NCBI RefSeq assembly: GCF_009914755.1
Contig: NC_060947.1
Source: the human T2T-CHM13v2.0 reference genome, Homo sapiens
Reading direction: 5' to 3' (one strand)
Length of the DNA: 64,000 nucleotides
Shown here: piece by piece, positions 57,001-64,000 of the stretch
Layout: each line of letters starts with the position of its first letter
Position numbering within the stretch: position 1 is the first letter of the stretch
Notes under the pieces: model-generated
Told to the model about the DNA's origin: nothing
The model's input: the letters and a program-made list of their open reading frames with translations, nothing else
The model's database searches: none
Translations under genes and position numbers: made by a program

Positions 57001-59254
57001 TTTGCAAGTATTATTTTTGAGTATTTTTAATTTGTTGTTGAAGTCGGTTTGCAAGTATTATTTTGAGTACTTTTGCATCAATATTATTCAGAGATATTTG
57101 CCTGTAGATTTCTTTTTTTGATGTGTTTGCTTTTGGTATAAGGGTTATAACGGCCCCATATAATGAATTTGGAAGGATTGCTTTTTCCCCTATTTTTCAG
57201 AATATTTTGATTAAGATTGGCATCCGCTCTTTCCTAAATGTTTGATAGAATCCAGTAGTGAAACCATCATGTCTCCAGCTTTTCTTTACTGAGATTCTTT
57301 TTTTATTATGACTTTAATCTCATTACTTGCTATTGAGCTTTCAGGTTATGCATTTTTTTCCTGGTTCAATCTTGGTAGGTTGTATGTGTCTAGGGACTTG
57401 CCTATTTCTTCTATATTTCCAATTTATTGACATGTAGGTGCTCATAGTAGCCTGCTTTTTTTTCTTATTCTGGCTGAAAGTTTGTCAATTTTGTTTAACC
57501 TTTAAAAAACCTTTTAGTTTCATTTATCTTTCAAGTTATTTTCTCCAAATCAATTTTTTCTTCTGATCTCATCTTTATTATGTATTTTCTTTTAGTAATT
57601 TGGGGTTTGGCTTGATTTTGCTTTTCTTGTTCCTTAAGAAGCATTGCTAGATTCTTTATTTCAATATTTTATTCTTTTTTGATGTAGGTGTTTATAATTA
57701 TAAATGCCCCCTTAGTCCTGCTATCGTCATATCTCACAAGTTTTTGTCTGTTTTGTTTAATTATCATTTTTTTCATAAAATTATTCCATTTTCTTCTGAA
57801 TATCTTCATTGATGCCCTGGTCATTCCAGAACATATTGTTTAATTTCTACATGTTTCTACAGTTTCCAAAATTCCTCTACTTATTCATTTCTAGTTTCAT
57901 TCCATTGTAGTCTGAGAAGATGCTTGATATTATTTCAATTATTTGAATGTTTTAAGACTTGCGTTGTGACTTAACATATGGTCTATCCTTGAAAATGATC
58001 CATGTGCTGAGGAAAAGAATGTGTATTCTTCAGCTATTGGATAAAATGTAACTGAAATATCTATTAGGTTCATTTGGTCTATAGTATAGATTAAGTCTGA
58101 ACTTTCTTTGTTGATTTTCTATCTGGAAGATCTGTCCAGTGCTCTAAGTGGGGTGTTGACATCTCCAACTATTGGTGTATTAGGGTATATCTCATTAGCT
58201 CTAATAATATTTGATTTATATATCTAGGTGCTCCAGTGTTGGGATACATATATTTAAAATTGTTATATCCTTTTACTTAATTTATTCCTCTGTCATTATA
58301 TAGTTACTGTCTTTGTCTCTTCATACAGTTTTTGTCTCAAACGCTATTTTGTCTGATATTAGCATAGCTACTCCTGCGTTTTTTGGTTACCATTAGCATG
58401 AAGTATTTTTTTTCATCCCTTTATTTTCAGGCTATGTGTGTTTATAGAGCTGAAGTTTGTTTCTTATAAGCAACAAATCAATTGGTTTTGCTTTTTTAAA
58501 AAAGATCTATTAATTCTGTCTATGCCTTTAGATTGGAGGGTTTAATTCATTTACATTCAATGTTATTATTGATAAGTAAGAATTTACTCATGCCATTTTC
58601 TTATTTTTTTCTGGCTGTTTTGTGGTCTTCTCTTCCTTCTTTCTTTCCTTCTTGTTTTCCATTTAGGAAACTTAAATGTTTTAAATGTGATTTTCTCTGG
58701 CGATATGACTTAATTTATTGCTTTTGATTTATGTGTATCCTTTGTATGTGTTTTGATTTGAGGTTGCCATGAGGCTTGCAAATACTATCTTATAAACCTT
58801 ATTTTAAATTGATAAAACTTAACACTGTTTGCATAAACAAACAAACAAGCAAAAAGAAAACTAATACAAACTCTATGTCTTAACATTGTTACTCTGCTTT
58901 TTAATTTTTTGTTGTTTCCGTTTGTATATTACTGTATATAAGGTCTATGTCTTGAAAAGTTGTTATAGTTATTATTTTTATTGGCTCATCATTTATTCTT
59001 CTTAGGATAAGAGTAGTTTATATACCACGGTTACAGTGCTACAGATAATGTCTTGATTCTGTGTGGTTTTATGTCTAATTACTATTAGCAGTGAGCTTTG
59101 TAACTTCAAGTGATTTATTATTGCTCATTAGTGTTCTTTTCTTTCTGATTGAAGTACTCACTTCAGCATTTCTTGTTGGACAGTTCTGGTATTCATGAAA
59201 TCACCTACCTTTTGTTTGCCTGGGTAGGTTTTATGTTTAAATATATATTTAAAC

Positions 59255-59294
<40 letters not shown>

Positions 59295-61297
59295 AAAACT
59301 TAACACTGTTTGCATAGGGTAAAAGTGTTTTTTTTTTCTTTTCTTCAGCAATTTAGATAAGCAGGTCACTCTCTCCTGGAATGTAAAGTTTCCACTGAAA
59401 ATTCTGAAGCCAGGCATTTTGGAGCTCCACTTTATGTTACTTGTTTCTTTCCTCTTGCTGCTTTTAGGTCCTTTCTTTATCCTTAATGTTTGGGAGTTTG
59501 GTTACTAAATTCCTTGAGGTTATCTTCTGTCTCTTTCTCCAGGTTTGGTTTCTGATACCATATGTAATTCATTTGGTGAGGTCCTGTTTTTCTGGATGGT
59601 CTTGATACTTATAGATGTTCTTCAGTGTCTGGGCATTGAAGAGTTAGCTATTTATTATAGTCTTTGCAGTATGTGCTTGTTTGTACCCATCCTTTGGAAA
59701 GGCTTCTCAGATATTTGAAAGGAATTAGTTGTTGTGATCGAAACTGTATGTGCCTTAGAGGACAATCTAAGCCCAGTAGCACTGTGTTTCCTGCAGATTC
59801 TTAGAGTTACTGCCTTGATGGTCTTGGACTATATCTGGGAGTATTGTTTAAAATATCAGGCAGAGACTATTATTGTCTTATTTTTACTTTCTCTCAAACA
59901 GAGTGTCTCTCTTCTGAGCCACCTAAAGCTGGGGGTGTAGTGACACAAACCCCTGTGACCACCACCATTATGACTTCACTGGATCAGACTCTAACATAGA
60001 TCCAGAATAGCACTGGGTCTCACCAAAGGCCTGCTGTAGCTACTCTCTGGCCACAGTCTATCTTTTCTCAAGGTCCTGGAGCTCTACAATCAGCAGACAG
60101 CAAAGTCAGCCAGGCCTCTGTCCTTTGCTTCATGGTGATGAGTTCCCCTAGGCCCAGTTGTTTCCAGAGATGCTATCCGGGAGCCAAGAAGTAGAGCAAA
60201 AATCCTTCTACCTGATGTTCTATTGTACTGAAGCTGAACTGGCCCTCAAACCACAAGATACAATCCTGCACTTTCTTCCTATCCTTTTCCAGGTGCAGAG
60301 GAGCCTCACCCAATGACCATTACCACCACAGGCCCAGGTAGATCCACAGAGGTGCTGTTTAGGAGCCAGGGACTAGAGAAAAATCTTTAGAAGTCTATCT
60401 GGTGTTGTATTGTACTGTGGCTGAGGTGGACCTCAATCCATTAGATTCAGTCCTTCCCAGTTATCCCTCCTCTTTCCAATGGCAGAGGACTGTCGTCCCA
60501 TGGCCACTGCCACCACAGGCCAACCAGGAGTACTTCCAGACGACTGCTGGTGCTCCCTTCACCTCAGAGGGCTCTTCAGTCAGCTTGTGGTGAATGCTGT
60601 CTGGCCTGGGGCTCACGTTCAGGGCAGTGGGCTCCCCTCTAGCCCAGGGTAGGTTCAGAAGTGTTGTGCAAAAGCTTCATCCTGGAATTGAGAACTTCAA
60701 GAGCCCACTTGGTGCTCTATGCCCCTATGGCTGAGCTGGTACCAGAAGCCACCAAGTTCCAAACTCTCACCAAAAGCCCTTGATGTAGTACCTGGGTATT
60801 GCTTCTGGTTATTCAGGGCCCAAGGGCTCTTCAGTTAGCAAGCGTTGTAGGCTATCCAGACTGGGTATTTCCTTTCAAGGCTGTGATTTCTTTTCTGGCC
60901 CAGGTTGTGCCTAGAAATGTCCAGGAACTAGGGTCTGGAAAGGGGGCCTCATTACTCTGACCCATGCCTTATCCTGCTGTGGCTGAGTTGATATCCAAGA
61001 CGCAAGACAAAGTCTTCCCCACTCTTCCCTCTCTTCTCCTCAGGTGGAAGGAAGTGGTGTACTTTGATGCATCTGGAGTTAGGGAAGGGGTGATGCTACC
61101 ACTTCTTTAGCCTCCACAACTGGCGTCTGTGAGTGCTGCCTTAGTCCACTGTCTCTGGGCTCAGTTAAGCACGAGGACTCCCACAGGTGTTGCAGTCCTT
61201 GTAGCCTACACTGCCTTTCAAGTTTATTTACAGCCCCAGAGCCCTTTAGCCCACTGTGGCGAGACACATGGGAACTCAAGTTCCAACCGCTGGGATC
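54060..61297 (-). mobile_element. Near full-length L1MA2/3-like LINE-1: 3' UTR, ORF2, partly deleted ORF1 and modular 5' region
   Basis: L1MA2/3-type 3' end (TATCCATCCCCTCAAGCATTTATCC). Minus ORFs 54434..54625, 55745..55942 and 56592..56816 ([18 protein letters not shown]). The 5' region is homologous to 4700-7100. Confidence 0.88.
54989..55414 (-). mobile_element. MSTA-type solo LTR inserted in L1MA ORF2
   Basis: GTATTATTCTGTTCTTGCACTGCTATAAAGAAATA...GTGCCACACACTTTTAAACAACCAGATC...AAACCATATCA. Confidence 0.9.
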
Positions 61298-61571
61298 TGA
61301 ATTAAAAAACAAAAAATCCTAGGACAGAGATATTTTCTAAAAATTGCCTGATAGTTTGCATCTATAAGTTTGCCCTCATTTTATCATTCAGCAATTACTC
61401 AATTGGAAAAAAGGAGGTGCACTGTTAAACTGCATGTCTTTTACATTCTCATACTGTATTAATATTTGGTTTTCCACAAAACAAAGGCATAAAATGCATA
61501 ATAAGCCAGGGAAATCATCACTTTTTACTGATTCCAGTTAGTTCACCCTTAACAAAGAAAACCATTATAGG

Positions 61572-62038
61572 TGTCAATCTAAATAACAAAGAGAAAAAAA
61601 GATCTCTAAAAGATAATCATATTTATTTGGGAATAGGGCATTAGTTTGACAATACAACTGCTGTACTAAACTGTGGGCACTTTCAGGAAGGTAAAGGAAG
61701 ACAAAGGTTTTTAAAGGTCAAATAGGAGGAACACATAATTGTTTTCAGATAATACGCTTGGCTACAAGGCTCAATTACAAGGGTGGCACTGGTCCAAGAA
61801 TAGGCAGGCAGGTGCTGGGTCTAGGTCCTCACAAATGTATTATCTCTAAGGTTACAGTGGCCTTTGCACAAGGTTCAGGGTTTTGCAGAGTCTTTTTACA
61901 GAGCAGTAGTGCTCATTATCAGGAATTTGCATGAGAAATCTCCCTTCATGGCTTTTCCTGGCTTTTTTTCAGTATCTTATTGTTTTCGTATTGTTTTTTA
62001 ACATGAGTGACTCAATTTTGATTCCTACTCTTTTCACA
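61572..62038 (-). mobile_element. MER67-type ERV1 solo LTR
   Basis: Minus strand begins TGTGAAAAGAGTAGGAATCAAAATTGAGTCACTC with TG...CA termini. Perfect 4-bp TSD TAGG (61568-61571 / 62039-62042). Confidence 0.75.
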
Positions 62039-62058
62039 TAGGAAAGAGTATTATATGT

Positions 62059-64000
62059 TGATATGGTTTGAATCTGTGTCCCCACCCAAATTGCATGTGA
62101 ATTGTAATCCCCAATGGTGGAGGTGGGGCCTGGTGGAAGATGATTGGATTATAGGGGTAGATCTTTCATGAATGGTTTAGCACCATCCCTTTGGAGTTAT
62201 TCTCATATCTTGTTGTCTAAAAGTGTGTGGCACCTCCTTCCTCTCCTCTTCCTCCTTATCTGGACATGTAATGTATGCCTTCTTCCCCTTTACATTCTGC
62301 CACATTGTAATTTTCCAGAGGCTTCCCTAAGCAGATGCCAGCATCATGCTTCCTGTACAGCCTGCAAAAGCATGAGCCAATTAAACCTCTTATCTTTGTA
62401 AATTACCTACTCTCAGGTATTTGCTTATAGCAATGCAAGAACAAACTAATATGGAAAATTGGTAATGAGGAGTGAGGCATTCCTATAAAGATTCCTGAAA
62501 ATGTGAAACCATGTTGGAACTGGATAATGGATAGACATTGGAAGAATGTGGAGGTCTCAGAAGAAGCCAGGAAGATGAAGAAAAGTTTATGACTTCCTAG
62601 AGACTAATTGAATTGTTGTGACCAAAATGCTCATAGTAATATTGAAAGTGAAGGCCAGGCTCAGGAGGTCTCAGATGGAGATGAGAAACTTATTTAGAAC
62701 TGGAAAAAAGGTCACTTTTGTTATGCATTAGCACAGAGCTCTGTTGAATTGTGCCCATGCCCTTGGGATCTGTGACATTTTGAAATTTAGAGGGATGATT
62801 TAGGTTATAGGGCAGAAAAAAAGTTTCTAAGCAGCAAGGAATTCAAGATGTGGCCTGGCTTCTTCTAGAAGCATATGGTCATATTTGTGAAAAAAAAAAA
62901 AAAAAACAAAAAACACATGATGTAAAACTGAAACTTCTATTGAAAAGGGAAGCAGATTGTAAAAGTTTGGAAAATTTGCAGCCTGGTCAGGCAGTAGAAA
63001 AGAAAAACCAATTTACAGGGGAAGAATTTAAGAAGGATGCAGAACTTTGCATAAGAGGAGCCAAGTAATGATAGCCAAGACAATGAGAAAAAGGCCTTGA
63101 AGGCATTTTAGAGACTTTTGAGACAGCCCCTTCCATCACAGGCCCAGAGGCTTAAGAGGGAAGAATAATTTCCTGGGCCAGGGCCAAGGCCTCACTGCCC
63201 TGCACAACCTTGGGGCAATGATTTTTGTGTCCCAATGTCTCCACCTCCAGCAGTGGCTAAAAGGGCTCCCGGTACAACCCAGGTTGTGGCTTCAGAGTGT
63301 GTAAACCATAAGCTTTGGCAGATTCCACATGGTGTTAAGCCTGCAGGTGCACGGAGTGTGAGAATTGAAGCTTAGGAGCCTCTGCCTAGATTTCAAAGGA
63401 TGTATGGAAAAGCCTGAATGTCCAGGCAGAAGCCTGCTGTAGGGTGGAGCCTGCACAGAGAACCTCTACTAGGGCAGTATGGAAAAGAAATGTGGGGTTG
63501 GAGACCCCACACAGAGTCCACAATGGCACACTGCCTAGAGGAGCTGTGAGAAGAGGGCTACTATTCTCCAGACCCCAGAATGGTAGATCCACTGGGAGAT
63601 TGCACCCTGCACCTGAAAACACTGCAGGAACTCAATGCCAGCCCTTGATAGCAGCCATGGGGACTGAACCCTGCAGAGCCACAGGGGTGGAGGCCTGGTA
63701 GCCAAACCCACCATTGCAGTAGTGAGACATGGTGTTAAAGGAGATTGAAATGAGAATGTTTACCAAATGCTTGTTTTTTATTTTACTGGTTCATAGGTAG
63801 AAGAAACTTGCCTTGATTCAGTTGTGAATTTGGACCTTGGACTTTTGACTTAATATAGGACAGAATTAAAACTTTGGGGGAACTGTTGGGAATGCAAGAT
63901 TGTATTTCGAAATATGAGAAGGATATGAGATTTGGGAAAGGCCAGGGGAAGAATCATATGGTTTGGATCTGTGTCCCCACTATAATCTCATGTTGAATTA
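62059..64000 (+). mobile_element. MSTA MaLR provirus: 5' LTR 62059-62453, internal region 62454-63953, 3' LTR from 63954 (runs off the window)
   Basis: LTR TGATATGGTTTGAATCTGTGTCCCCACCC...ACTAATATG. Internal region GAAAATTGGTA... with MaLR-int-like ORFs 62850..63068 and 63444..63701. PPT GGGAAAGGCCAGGGGAAGAA is followed by a second LTR start. Confidence 0.92.

Overview
AT-rich, gene-poor primate DNA. It is probably human, given a near-consensus AluYc1-type element and young L1PA copies. Roughly three quarters of the window is recognisable transposable-element sequence. This includes many LINE-1 copies of different ages (L1PA, L1MA, L1MB/MC/ME) on both strands, Alus and Alu monomers, and MIR and L2 relics. 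It also includes a Tigger2a DNA transposon, solo LTRs (MSTA, MLT1, MLT2, MER11, MER67), an internally deleted ERV-L provirus and a nearly complete MSTA MaLR provirus. Every informative ORF in the track is a fragment of L1 ORF1/ORF2, ERV-L integrase/dUTPase, MaLR internal sequence or Alu/simple-repeat sequence. I see no host protein-coding gene, structural RNA gene or CRISPR array, and I cannot support a new multi-gene biological system. The most notable signals are mechanistic scars and candidate regulatory elements. These are a small L1 3' transduction with its own polyadenylation signal (31389-31609), a twin-priming inverted L1 (1-1481) and a very young Alu (24332-24641). There is also a palindrome plus 26-bp templated-insertion repair scar (59233-59316), an Alu split by a ~1.26-kb AT-rich expansion (45958-47402) and a TGACA-dense non-repeat island (51505-51975). 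Subfamily names come from my recall of consensus sequences and need RepeatMasker/Dfam confirmation. Boundaries of old elements are approximate.
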